In this document: positions 31,225 through 40,320 of the stretch, piece after piece | How positions within the stretch are numbered: position 1 is the stretch's first letter | Layout of the letters: each line of letters starts with the position of its first letter | NCBI GenBank assembly: GCA_963744095.1 | Contig: CAVUSH010000003.1 | Coordinates: forward strand, 625,334 to 689,333 | Direction of reading: 5' to 3' | Source of the DNA: an uncultured Chloroflexia bacterium | GTDB taxonomy: Bacteria; Chloroflexota; Limnocylindria; Limnocylindrales; CSP1-4 | DNA: 64,000 nucleotides | The notes under the pieces: model-generated | The model's database searches: none | The model's input: only the letters and a program-made list of their open reading frames with translations | What the model was told of the DNA's origin: nothing | Translations under genes and position numbers: made by a program

Positions 31225-31626
31225 TCAGTCCTCCGCGGGGATCACGTAGAAGGGGAAGACAAGGTTCCGGGGGTCGTTCGACGACCCGACCGTGTAGCGG
31301 ATGTCGATGTAGAGCGTCGAGGCGTCGTCCTCGTCGGGGGCCACGTCGACCTCCTGCACGGCAATGCGGGGCTCCCAGCGGCGCAACGAGGCGCGCACGT
31401 CGGCGGCGATCCGGCCGAACGTCGCGGCATTGGCCGGCGAGAAGACCTCGTCGTGGATCCCGCACCCGAACTCCGGCCGCATGGGCCGCTCGCCGTAGGC
31501 CGTGCCGAGGACCAGGCGGATGCTCTCCTCGATCTCCCGCTCGCGGGTGACCAGGGCGATCCCGCCCGTCGCGTCGGTACGCAGGGGGAAGGCCCACCCG
31601 GCGCCGATGAACTCGTCGTTGACCAT
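31225..31626 (-). CDS. gp25/GpW baseplate protein (Afp9-like)
   Basis: IG.GW.FP, L.T..GERPMRPEFG, WEPRI, NLVFPFY. Confidence 0.93.
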   Translation of the reverse strand: MVNDEFIGAGWAFPLRTDATGGIALVTREREIEESIRLVLGTAYGERPMRPEFGCGIHDEVFSPANAATFGRIAADVRASLRRWEPRIAVQEVDVAPDEDDASTLYIDIRYTVGSSNDPRNLVFPFYVIPAED

Positions 31627-31643
31627 CGGGTCGTCCTCCTCGC

Positions 31644-33419
31644 CTAACCCAGCTGGACCTGGCTGCCGCTGACCTTGGCGATGCCGCTGGTGCCGACCTC
31701 GACCCCGGCCGAGCCCGTCAGCTTCGCCTGGGCGCTGGACGTGATCTCGACTCCGCCCTCGCCGCTGATCTTGACCTTGCCGGTCGCCTTGATCTCGATG
31801 TCGCTCGTGGCCGTCAGCACGATCTTTCCCTCGGATGTGCCGCTCAGCTTCCTGTCAGTCCGGCTCAGGAGGAGGACCACTTCCTCCGCTGCCGTCTGCA
31901 TGCCCAGCGACGAGTTGCCGGGCTTGTCCCACATGTAGACCTGGTTGCCGTCGCGGCTGACGAAATGGCGCCCGTTGAGCTTCCCGCCGTCCACCTCGAT
32001 CGGCGGCGGCGCGTCGCTGCCGTTCCAGAGGCCACCGACGACGAAGGGGCGCTGGCGGTCGCCGCTCTCGAAGGCGACGAGGACCTCGTCGTTGACCTCG
32101 GGGATCCAGACGGTGCCGCGCGACGCGCCGTTGCCGGGCGCGGCGACCCGGGCCCAGTGGCTCTCGTAGTCGGCCGACAGGGACGGGAAGCGGAGCTTCA
32201 CCCGCCCCAGGCGATCGGGGTCGTCGTTGTCCGTCACGATGCCCACGACCACGCCCGCGGACGAGCCGTTCCCGGCCCCTCCGGCGCCGCCTCCGCCCCC
32301 GCTCGCGCCGCCGGCCGCCGCCCCCGCGACGAGACCCATGAGCGAGCGGTCCTGGCGGCCGCTCACGATGAAATGGGTCCGGTAGCCGTCCTGGGGATCG
32401 TACGTGTGGCGCGTGTGGGTGAGCGTGTAGCGCCCGGCGAACGGCGCGGCGACCTGCGAGACGCTCACGGCCGCGCCGGCCTTCACCCGGGGGTTGCCGC
32501 GGGCGATGCCGGAGGCCTCGGCGAACGCGCTCCCGACCTGCTCGGCAAGCGCCTCCGCCGCCCGGTCGGCCTCGGCCTGCGATGGATAGCCGCCCTCGAC
32601 AACGAGGACCGGGCTGCCGAAGCGCCCGGCAAGGCTCCCTGGGTCGTCGGCGAGCTGGGCGGCCGTCGAGCGCGCCTGGGCCGTCCCCACGATCGCCTGC
32701 TTCGTCGACGGATCCCAGCCGCGGACCTCGACGCGGGAGACCTGGCCCGACGACGTCACCCGGGGCCGGAAGTCGAGGAGATCCTGGCCGAACACCAGCT
32801 GGAGCGGGTCGCTCGAGCTGAAGTCCCCACCCTCGGGCGCCTCTGCCGCCTCTCGGGGCCGCCGGAACTCGAGCTTGCCTTCGACGACAGCAACCTCGAA
32901 GCCGACCTCGCGGGCAAGGCCCCGCAGGAACTCCCAGTCCGTCTGGCCCGTCTGGCCGACGTGCTCGTGGACCCGGCCGCTGTCGTCGATCGTCCCGGCG
33001 CCCAGTCCCACCTGCGACGCGATCGTGCGGGCGATGTCGGAGTACTTGACGTTCTGGAAGGTGGCCGAGCTGCGGCCGCGGGAGAGGCGGTGGGCGTGGT
33101 CGTAGCCGCGCGCCACCAGGAGCGGCGCCTTCCCCTCGCGATAGACGCCCTCGAGCGCGGTCACCTCGCCGCTGACCAGCAGGCTGGGGGTGCCCTCCCC
33201 CATGGCCGACGTGGAGACCTTCACCGCGCTGCCCACGCGCAGACGGGCCGTCTCGGCGACGGTCATGTCGGCGGTCTCCTGGAACGTGAGCTCGAACGTG
33301 TCGGGCTGGTGGAGATGGTCGTCCACGGCAACGCGCACGAGTGCCGTCTCGGCCGCGCCGTCGAGCGGCTGGCCGTCCACCTCGACCTTGATCGCGCTCG
33401 CGAGCGCGGCGTCGGGCAC
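31644..33419 (-). CDS. vgrG: VgrG-like hub-spike (Afp8-like)
   Basis: gp27-like hub (Q..TDWEFL, GWDP..K), OB fold GRVKLRFP/WARV/PEVNDEVLVAF, short beta-helical tail. Confidence 0.9.
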   Translation of the reverse strand: MPDAALASAIKVEVDGQPLDGAAETALVRVAVDDHLHQPDTFELTFQETADMTVAETARLRVGSAVKVSTSAMGEGTPSLLVSGEVTALEGVYREGKAPLLVARGYDHAHRLSRGRSSATFQNVKYSDIARTIASQVGLGAGTIDDSGRVHEHVGQTGQTDWEFLRGLAREVGFEVAVVEGKLEFRRPREAAEAPEGGDFSSSDPLQLVFGQDLLDFRPRVTSSGQVSRVEVRGWDPSTKQAIVGTAQARSTAAQLADDPGSLAGRFGSPVLVVEGGYPSQAEADRAAEALAEQVGSAFAEASGIARGNPRVKAGAAVSVSQVAAPFAGRYTLTHTRHTYDPQDGYRTHFIVSGRQDRSLMGLVAGAAAGGASGGGGGAGGAGNGSSAGVVVGIVTDNDDPDRLGRVKLRFPSLSADYESHWARVAAPGNGASRGTVWIPEVNDEVLVAFESGDRQRPFVVGGLWNGSDAPPPIEVDGGKLNGRHFVSRDGNQVYMWDKPGNSSLGMQTAAEEVVLLLSRTDRKLSGTSEGKIVLTATSDIEIKATGKVKISGEGGVEITSSAQAKLTGSAGVEVGTSGIAKVSGSQVQLG

Positions 33420-33422
33420 CCC

Positions 33423-34124
33423 TCAGCCCTCCCGCGAGGCGAGGCGCCGCGCTTCGTCGGCGGTGGGGACGAGGAGGCGCGTCCCGGCCGCCACGCGGAG
33501 GGGATCGTCGATCTCGTTGAAGGCGGCGATCCCCCGCCAGAGGCTGGCGTCCCCGTACTCGCGCCAGGCGACTGAGTGGAGGCTGTCGCCCGCCCCGACG
33601 AGGTGGCTCCGGCGGCTCTCATGTGATCCGGACGACGGGTTCTGCTTCGGCGAGTCCTCCGGGACTTCCTCGAGGGAGATCGTCGCGCTCGCACGGACCG
33701 GCGTTCCGTCGGGTTTGAAGAGGACGTACTTGGCATTGACGGTCTTGAGGAAGAACCTCAGGTCCGCGAGGATGCGGTTGCTGCCCCATTCGAACCCGAG
33801 GACCGGCGGGCGCGGCAGCTTCTTGGTGATCGACGTGGGCGTCGGCCTGGTCCACCCGAAGAGCGTGGTCACGCTGCGCGTGACGTCGGCGTCGGCCGCG
33901 TCCCAGGCGTCGAACCAGATCTCCATCTGGACGGTCTGGGGGCCGGCGCCCGTGAACTGGGGCTTGCCGGCGGATCCGGCCCCCTTCTGCTGGGGCCGGT
34001 TCCAGTTGGCCGACTTGGCAGTGGTCAGCTCGGCCGGGTTGTACATGAACGTGAGCTCGCGCGTCTCCGGGTCGCCGTCGACGACTCGCAGCTTCGCCTT
34101 CTGGAGCGCGCCGCCGCTGAGCAT
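33423..34124 (-). CDS. CIS tube-initiator with LysM (Afp7-like)
   Basis: FMYNP.EL, F..DGTPVRA, QNPSSG, GDSL..VAW.EYGD...WR.IA..N.IDDP. Confidence 0.9.
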   Translation of the reverse strand: MLSGGALQKAKLRVVDGDPETRELTFMYNPAELTTAKSANWNRPQQKGAGSAGKPQFTGAGPQTVQMEIWFDAWDAADADVTRSVTTLFGWTRPTPTSITKKLPRPPVLGFEWGSNRILADLRFFLKTVNAKYVLFKPDGTPVRASATISLEEVPEDSPKQNPSSGSHESRRSHLVGAGDSLHSVAWREYGDASLWRGIAAFNEIDDPLRVAAGTRLLVPTADEARRLASREG

Positions 34125-34552
34125 CAACGTGCGAACCCGTTGTGGACCAGCTCGAGGACCTCGAGAGCCACGGCGTTCGTCCCCGTGTCGAGGGTCGGTC
34201 CGGACCAGCGGACCGGGTAGATCCCCTGGAGACGCCAGCTGGCGACGGTCTCGCCACCGCCATCGAGCACAGCGATCTCGGCGGTCGACCGCTTCGGATC
34301 GCTGGCCACCGAAGCCAGCCAGGCGGCCACCTTCTGGGTGTCTCGATCGACCGGGCGCGTGAGCTTCAGGTTCTGGTACTTGGCCCGCCCGGGGAACCGG
34401 TGGACGTAGTCGTTGTTGCCGCCCTCCTTCACCTCCTGGACGTCGTACTCGACCGTCAGCCCCTCGCACTTCGTCCACGAGCCGAGGTCGGTCTGGTCGT
34501 CGAGGGTCACCTTGAAGCAGAGGGTCAGGCCGTAGTTCACGCGCTCGGACAT
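34124..34552 (-). CDS. T4 gp19-like tube protein 2 (Afp5-like)
   Basis: CEGL, EGGNN..., L.L.R, P.RWSGP, ELVH.GF. Confidence 0.9.
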   Translation of the reverse strand: MSERVNYGLTLCFKVTLDDQTDLGSWTKCEGLTVEYDVQEVKEGGNNDYVHRFPGRAKYQNLKLTRPVDRDTQKVAAWLASVASDPKRSTAEIAVLDGGGETVASWRLQGIYPVRWSGPTLDTGTNAVALEVLELVHNGFAR

Positions 34553-34556
34553 GACA

Positions 34557-36755
34557 TCACCCGTCGATCAAGAGGCCCATCCGCTCGCGGTCGAGCAGGA
34601 GCTCGGTCGCGAAGCGGGAGCGAATGCGGTCGTAGACGCGGTCGGCGATCTCCTCGTAGTCCTGGCCGGCGCCCCCGGTCCCGGCGTTCCCCGTCCCACC
34701 TTCCATCGGGCCCGCGGCGGGGGCAGCTTCCGCCGCGGCGGCCACCTCGTCCACCACGACCGCTCGCTGGACCACCGCCGGTCCGACGGCGGGCAGCGCC
34801 GCGAAGCCGCCCGCCGCGCTCCAGCCCAGGACGCCGGCCGCGGATGGCGACGCGGAGTCCCCGCCATCGACCAGGCGCGAGACGGCCAGCCGTTCTCCAG
34901 CGGGTCCTGCGGCGTCGCCAGTCCCCCGCCGGCCGACTGCGGGGCGAGCGACGGGCCCCGCGGCCGACCTTCCGCGGCCAGCCGGCGATCCCGGGGCCGG
35001 CGGGGTCGTGGAGGCGCCGAAGGCTGCCCCGGGCCCGAAGTCGGCGACGGCTGCCCCGGGCCCGGAGTCGGCGCCGGCTGCCCCGGCCGTGCGCCCGTCC
35101 CACGCCGCCGGAGTGGCCGGCACGCCGAACCCCGGTCGGAGCGACTCGGCGCCGCGCAGCGAGCGCGCCACGACGAGCGGCACGGACCGCGTGGGTGGGG
35201 CGATGGGCGGGGCCGGGGCGGTGGGCGGGGCCGGATCCGAGGGCGGGGCGGTGAGCTGGGCCGAGGGCCGGATCGGCGGCGGCGGCGCGGCGCGACCGGC
35301 GGAGAGCCCCTCGGGGGCGGTCGAAGCCTGCATGGCCGCGACATCTGGGCGTGGACTCGGGCGCGGGCCCGTGGCGCCACTCCCGGCCGGGCCACTGCCG
35401 GGGACGGCTCCGGGCACGACCTGCCCGCCGTGGTTCCCGCGCCCGCCGATGAGCGGAGATCCCTCGCTCGGCGACGGCCCCGCGGCGGACGCACCGGCGC
35501 GCGCCTCGGCATCGGCCTCGGCATCGGATTCGTCCGCGGAAAGGGCCGCCGCACGACGGCCGATGTCCCCGACGAGCGGGCGCTCGACGCCACGCTGGAC
35601 TTGCGGGACCACCGGGCCGGCAAGGTCGCCGGCGACCTGGGCATCGCCGTCGATCGCCGGGGCCGGGGCCGCGGGCACGTCTTCCGATCGCTGGGCACCG
35701 GGCTCGGGGAGTGCTGCCGGCAGTCCGCGCTCGGCCGCGACCCGAAGGACCGGGAGGGCGGTCTCGGTCGCGGCCGCGCGGCGGGACGCCGGCGGCAGCG
35801 AGGCGGTGACCGGCGCGGTCGGAGGATCGGCCCTGCGGCCCGCGCGGGCGAGGGGGAGGTCGGGCTCGGCAGGGACGCGCTGCACGCTCGGACGGCCGGC
35901 GAGCGGTGCGCCGAGGCCGAAACGGCGCGACGCGCCGAGCGAACGATGCTGGGTCGGCGGCGCCGCCGTGGCCTCGGCGCTCGGTGCGGATGCGGCTGCG
36001 CCGAGGCTGGCTTCGGGACCCGCCGCCCTGGCTCCCGGAGGCGTCGCGGGTGGCTGCGTCGGGCTCGCCGCGCTGCGCTTGACCGGGGAGCCTGCCACGG
36101 CGGGCGCGGCGGCGATCGTGGACGACCCGGCGCCCGAGACCGGGGCGACCGCTCGGGCCGCCTCCGGGGCGGTGGCCGCCGCAACCCGCGTCGCGGCCAG
36201 CGCGGGTATCGCCCCGGATTGCGCCACGATCGGCAGCACGCGCGGCGGCGAGGCGGGCATATCCGCGGAGCCGCCCTCGGTTCGCGCCGGCGGCAGGGCT
36301 TCTGCCGCCGTCCCTTCGATCACGAGGGCCGGCGGCTTCGCATCGGAGACCGCGCGCGCGCGGCGCTGCACCCCGTGGGGTGCCGGCAACGCCCCGTGGC
36401 CGGTCGACGAGGTCACCGCTTGGGCAGGCACGACAAGGGGAGTCGCGATCCCGCTGACGAGCCCGGCGGGACCGTCGGGGGCGACGGCGTGGACGAGCGG
36501 CCGGAGGATCGGATCGGGCGGGCGGGTGCCAGCCAACTCCCGGCCGAAGGGGACCGCCGGGGCCGTCAGGGGCGCTGCGCCAACCGAGCGCTGGATCGGG
36601 GGGAGGCTCCGCCAGGCCGCCGGGCGCGCGGGAATGCCGGCCCCCGGGGCAGCGCCCGCAGCGGTCTCGGGCACGCCCGGGCGGGCCGCGGCGGCGTCCC
36701 CTGCCGGCAGGGCGTCCCGGTCCGCCCGGGAGAACAGCGAGAAGGGCCAGCGCAC
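34557..36755 (-). CDS. Large Pro/Ala-rich CIS protein in the tape-measure gene position
   Basis: N-terminal AW.SLPPIQR/L.HAV.P..P.GLV.G, recurring xQR motifs, C-terminal EEIADRVYDRIR...ELLLDRER.G. Confidence 0.7.
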   Translation of the reverse strand: MRWPFSLFSRADRDALPAGDAAAARPGVPETAAGAAPGAGIPARPAAWRSLPPIQRSVGAAPLTAPAVPFGRELAGTRPPDPILRPLVHAVAPDGPAGLVSGIATPLVVPAQAVTSSTGHGALPAPHGVQRRARAVSDAKPPALVIEGTAAEALPPARTEGGSADMPASPPRVLPIVAQSGAIPALAATRVAAATAPEAARAVAPVSGAGSSTIAAAPAVAGSPVKRSAASPTQPPATPPGARAAGPEASLGAAASAPSAEATAAPPTQHRSLGASRRFGLGAPLAGRPSVQRVPAEPDLPLARAGRRADPPTAPVTASLPPASRRAAATETALPVLRVAAERGLPAALPEPGAQRSEDVPAAPAPAIDGDAQVAGDLAGPVVPQVQRGVERPLVGDIGRRAAALSADESDAEADAEARAGASAAGPSPSEGSPLIGGRGNHGGQVVPGAVPGSGPAGSGATGPRPSPRPDVAAMQASTAPEGLSAGRAAPPPPIRPSAQLTAPPSDPAPPTAPAPPIAPPTRSVPLVVARSLRGAESLRPGFGVPATPAAWDGRTAGAAGADSGPGAAVADFGPGAAFGASTTPPAPGSPAGRGRSAAGPVARPAVGRRGTGDAAGPAGERLAVSRLVDGGDSASPSAAGVLGWSAAGGFAALPAVGPAVVQRAVVVDEVAAAAEAAPAAGPMEGGTGNAGTGGAGQDYEEIADRVYDRIRSRFATELLLDRERMGLLIDG

Positions 36756-36762
36756 GACGAGA

Positions 36763-36921
36763 TCACTCCCCTTCGGTCAGACGCTGGTTGATCCGGGCGA
36801 TCTCCTCGACGAACCGCAGCCGGTCCGGGTGCTCGAGGTCGAGAATCGCGTCCATGGACCAGTGCAGGTGGTAGGCGACGTACGCAACCTCCTCGAAGAG
36901 ACGGTCGGCCGCGTACGTCAC
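36763..36921 (-). CDS. DUF6760-like small protein (candidate frameshift extension of the chaperone)
   Basis: L.EEVAYVAYHLHWS.D.IL.LEH.DR...V.EI..IN. Confidence 0.8.
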   Translation of the reverse strand: MTYAADRLFEEVAYVAYHLHWSMDAILDLEHPDRLRFVEEIARINQRLTEGE

Positions 36922-36944
36922 GACCCCCCCGGCGCCGCGCCTCC
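36877..36944 (-). other. Candidate programmed -1 ribosomal frameshift cassette
   Basis: Minus strand: GGAGG (36944-36940), 9 nt, G7 (36930-36924), 4 nt, then a hairpin with a perfect 9-bp stem (36919-36911 / 36885-36877). The downstream ORF is in the -1 frame. Confidence 0.6.
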
Positions 36945-37355
36945 GATCTCCACGGTGAACGCGTGGCTGCACGCCGGGCAGGTCACCGCTGCCTGGGACG
37001 TGCCCTCCTGGTTCACCCGGCGGTAGAGGTCCTGGAGAAAGGCGAGATCGGAGGCGAACATGCCCTCGACGACCTGCGGGGTCACCTGGACGAGGCTGCC
37101 GAGCCGGACGACCACGCGGGAGAGGAGGATCACCGTGAGGTAGGCCTCGTTCTCCCGGACCCGCGGATCACGGAGCGGGAGGATCTCGTCGCGGGCCGTC
37201 GCCAGGCGCATGGACCCCTCGCGGTGGAGGGCGCCCGCCTCGTCGACGTAGCCGCGCGGCAGGACGAACGGGAACTCGGTCCGCAGGCCCCCCGAGGCGG
37301 AGCCGGACGGGCCGCCGGTGGCGGCTGCCGGCCCCGCGATCAGGTCCAGGGCCAT
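36918..37355 (-). CDS. Tail assembly chaperone-like protein with C-terminal CxxC
   Basis: TEF.F.LPRGYVD..G..H..G.MRLATARDE, DL.FLQDLY, CPAC. Directly follows the tube gene. Confidence 0.8.
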   Translation of the reverse strand: MALDLIAGPAAATGGPSGSASGGLRTEFPFVLPRGYVDEAGALHREGSMRLATARDEILPLRDPRVRENEAYLTVILLSRVVVRLGSLVQVTPQVVEGMFASDLAFLQDLYRRVNQEGTSQAAVTCPACSHAFTVEIGGAAPGGS

Positions 37356-37356
37356 C

Positions 37357-37815
37357 TCACTTCACCCGCTCGAGCCGCTCGCAGACGATCGTGACCTCCT
37401 CGACGGCCGGGGCGTTGTCGCCGGCCTTCATCCCCGACGCGGTGAGCTTGGAGACCCACGCGTCGAAGAAGTTGTACCGGGCGACCTCGCCGTAGATGAA
37501 GTCGAGCTGGACGATGGAGCCGTTCTTGCGAGCGCCGATCAGGTCTCCCTCGAGGGCGGCCTTGTGCCAGTTCCACAGGTCCATGGACGAGTCGGCGGCG
37601 CGCTTGAGGGTGATCGTCGGCGGCTTCGTCGCCCCGATCATCTTCTTGAGGATCGGCTTGCCGAGGGCGTCGTTGGCCTTCAGCTCCACCACCTCGATCT
37701 CCGAGGTGATACCGCCCACCTCCTGGAACGACGCGATGGCCGTCCCGTCGACCTGGATGAGGAAGCGCTGCGCGACGAGCGTGTCGAGCGGCAGCGAGGG
37801 GACTCCGGTTGGCAT
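37357..37815 (-). CDS. T4 gp19-like major tube protein (Afp1-like)
   Basis: F.EV.G, ITLKR, W.W, RKNGSI, EEVTI..E. Confidence 0.92.
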   Translation of the reverse strand: MPTGVPSLPLDTLVAQRFLIQVDGTAIASFQEVGGITSEIEVVELKANDALGKPILKKMIGATKPPTITLKRAADSSMDLWNWHKAALEGDLIGARKNGSIVQLDFIYGEVARYNFFDAWVSKLTASGMKAGDNAPAVEEVTIVCERLERVK

Positions 37816-37862
37816 GAGGGTGGATCCTCCGTTCTGTCGTCAGGCAGGGTCGGTCAGGCCCG

Positions 37863-39380
37863 TCACTCGCTGAGTGACGTGCCGCCCGAGAACTGGGCAA
37901 GGCGGAAGATCACGAACTCCGCCGGCTTGACCGGGGCGATCCCGATCTCGACGATGAGCTGCCCCGCGTCGATCGTCTCGGCCGTGTTGTTCTCCCCGTC
38001 GCACTTCACGAAGAAGGCCTCCGCCGGGGTCGATCCGAAGAGGGCGCCGTCGCGCCAGGTCCGGACGAGGAAGGCCCCGATCGTCCGCTTCACCCGCTCC
38101 CAGAGGTCGATGTCGTTCGGCTCGAAGACGACCCATTGGGTGCCGAGGAGGATCGACTCCTCGAGGTAGTTGAACAGGCGGCGCACGTTGAGGTAGCGCC
38201 ACGCCGGGTCGGAGGAGAGCGTCCGGGCGCCCCAGACGCGGATCCCGCGGCCGGGGAAGGTGCGCACGCAGTTGATCCCGATCGGGTTGAGCTGGTCGTG
38301 CTCGGCCCGGGTCAGGTTGAGCTCCAGGGCGATCGCCCCGCGGACGACCTCGTTCGCCGGCGCCTTGTGGACGCCGCGCTCGCCGTCGTTGCGGGCCCAG
38401 ATGCCGGAGATGTGGCCGGACGGGGGCACGAAGGTCGCCTGGCCGGCAACCGGGTCGAAGACCTTGATCCAGGGCCAGTAGAGGGTGGCGTACTTCGAGT
38501 CGTAGCCGGCCTTGTCCTGGCGCCACTCCTTGACCTGCTGGGCGTTGTAGTCGGGCGGCGTGTCGAGGATGGCGACGCGGTCACCCATCAGCTCGCAGTG
38601 GGCGATGATCGCCAGCTGGACGGCCTTGAGCCCGTCCATGTCCACGACGCCGGCCTGGTAGAGCGCCATCAGGTCGGGCGCGGCCACCATCGTGATCTCC
38701 TCGACGGCCTCGAGGCCGCCGAAGCCGGTCCGGTCCGCCGAGTTCCCGACGTACTCGTCCGGGGTCACCCGGACCGGCCCGCTGACGGTGCCGCCGGCCA
38801 GGGCCGACTTCGTCCCGACGGCCGGGGCAACCTCGCCCTTGGCGACCTCCTCGAGGCGGACGAGCTTCGAGGCCTTCACCGCGGTGAAGACACTCTGCTT
38901 GCCGCGCTTGACCGTGACGTTGTCGTAGACCTCCTGCTCGGAGCCGCGGGACACCGTCAGCTTGAAGACGCCCTCGCCGGGCTCGGACGGCTCCCCGACC
39001 TCGACCGCGATCTCGTTGCCCGCGCCACCGGCCTCGAGGGCCACGACGCGGAAGGCCGCCTGCGACTTGTCCGTGGAGCTGGGGAGCTCAAGGCGGGCGC
39101 TCGGCGCGCCGGCGCCATCGGCGCCGATCCGGACGATGTACGCCGTCGTGCCGCCGTTGAGGAAGAAGCCGTAGACCGAGTGCGCGAGATAGGACCCCTC
39201 CATGAAGTCGCCGAACGAGGCGACGAACTGGCTCCAGTTCGTGACCATCACCGGCGTGTTGGCGGGGCCGCGCTGGGCGAGCCCCACGAAGGCCGCGACG
39301 GCCGTGCCCACGCCCTCGATGGGGCGAGAGGCGGCCTGCACCTCCTCGACGTAGACGCCGGGCGAAAGGTAGTTCGGCAT
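37863..39380 (-). CDS. Contractile tail sheath
   Basis: Y.SPGVYVEE, AAFVG, YWPWI, PPSG, GVHKAPAN, WGARTL, YLNVRR, FEPN, APVKPAEFV.F. Confidence 0.96.
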   Translation of the reverse strand: MPNYLSPGVYVEEVQAASRPIEGVGTAVAAFVGLAQRGPANTPVMVTNWSQFVASFGDFMEGSYLAHSVYGFFLNGGTTAYIVRIGADGAGAPSARLELPSSTDKSQAAFRVVALEAGGAGNEIAVEVGEPSEPGEGVFKLTVSRGSEQEVYDNVTVKRGKQSVFTAVKASKLVRLEEVAKGEVAPAVGTKSALAGGTVSGPVRVTPDEYVGNSADRTGFGGLEAVEEITMVAAPDLMALYQAGVVDMDGLKAVQLAIIAHCELMGDRVAILDTPPDYNAQQVKEWRQDKAGYDSKYATLYWPWIKVFDPVAGQATFVPPSGHISGIWARNDGERGVHKAPANEVVRGAIALELNLTRAEHDQLNPIGINCVRTFPGRGIRVWGARTLSSDPAWRYLNVRRLFNYLEESILLGTQWVVFEPNDIDLWERVKRTIGAFLVRTWRDGALFGSTPAEAFFVKCDGENNTAETIDAGQLIVEIGIAPVKPAEFVIFRLAQFSGGTSLSE

Positions 39381-39462
39381 GCGGATCGGCCCTCCGGGCG
39401 ATGCAGCTTGGAAGCAGTCCGAGCGTGGACCGCCGCCGCCGCACCGGCAACGGACGTCCGGA

Positions 39463-39520
39463 CAGCCGAACGGGCGGGTCGCGCTGCCCGATCAGGCAGA
39501 CGGTGGCGCCCGATCGGCTG
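39463..39520. promoter_or_regulatory. Three 14-bp boxes in 22-bp phase in the divergent sheath/cap promoter
   Basis: cagccgaacgggcg (39463), tgcccgatcaggca (39485), cgcccgatcggctg (39507). The outer boxes are inverted copies of each other with one mismatch. Confidence 0.6.
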
Positions 39521-39570
39521 CCCTCCGGCGGCTTGCCCGCGCGGACGCCCCCGGGGACGCTGGGCGGGCG

Positions 39571-40314
39571 ATGATCCAGGACGTCGACGAGACCCTGCGC
39601 GCGCTCGTCAAGCGCGAAGCCCTCAACGGGAGCCAGGTCGAGATCGCCTTCGACGCCCCGACCCGTGACTGGTCGGCGCGGCGCAATGCGCCAACGATCA
39701 ACCTCTACCTCTACGACATTCGCGAGGACATGACCCGACGCGACGCGGCCATGGCCCCGGTCCGCTCCGATGAGGGGTACGTTGCCGGCCACTCCCCCAT
39801 CCCCCGTCGCTACAAGCTGTCGTACCTCCTGACGGCCTGGACGCAGCGCCCCGAGGACGAGCACCGCCTCCTGGCGGCCTGCCTGGGCGCACTCATCCGG
39901 TACGACGTCCTGGCCCCGGCGGACATGCACGGCGCCCTCGCCGAGCAGCCGATCCCCGCCCTCGTGACCGTCGCCCTCCCGCTCGGGCCGGACCGCTCCA
40001 TCGCGGACATCTGGTCGGCGATGGGCGGCGAGATGAAGCCGTCGCTCGACGTCGTCGTCACGGTCCCGTTCGTGGTGAGTCGGGAGGTGGCGGCCGGCGC
40101 GCCGGTGCGCGAGATGCCGCGCATCTCGATCCTGGGACCCGACGGCGCGGACGGCCCGCGGATCACCCGGGCTCGGGTACGGCGAGGCCCGTCGGGGGCC
40201 CGCACCGGGCCGCTCCGCCCCGACGAGCCCATCGCCCAGGACGAGACGGTCGTCGGCGGCACGCCGGAGATTCCAGGCCGCCTGTTCCGGGTGCGCGGCC
40301 ACCCGCGTCCCTGA
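39571..40314 (+). CDS. CIS cap/terminator protein (Pvc16/Afp16, DUF4255-like)
   Basis: FDAP, NLYLYDIRED, LSYLLTAW, EH.LL, W.A.G...KPSL. Confidence 0.88.
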   Translation: MIQDVDETLRALVKREALNGSQVEIAFDAPTRDWSARRNAPTINLYLYDIREDMTRRDAAMAPVRSDEGYVAGHSPIPRRYKLSYLLTAWTQRPEDEHRLLAACLGALIRYDVLAPADMHGALAEQPIPALVTVALPLGPDRSIADIWSAMGGEMKPSLDVVVTVPFVVSREVAAGAPVREMPRISILGPDGADGPRITRARVRRGPSGARTGPLRPDEPIAQDETVVGGTPEIPGRLFRVRGHPRP

Positions 40315-40320
40315 CCTTCG

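Noticed and set aside
31644-39380. Type VI secretion system
   Set aside because: Single-gene sheath, gp19-type tubes, and no TssJLM, TssK or ClpV.
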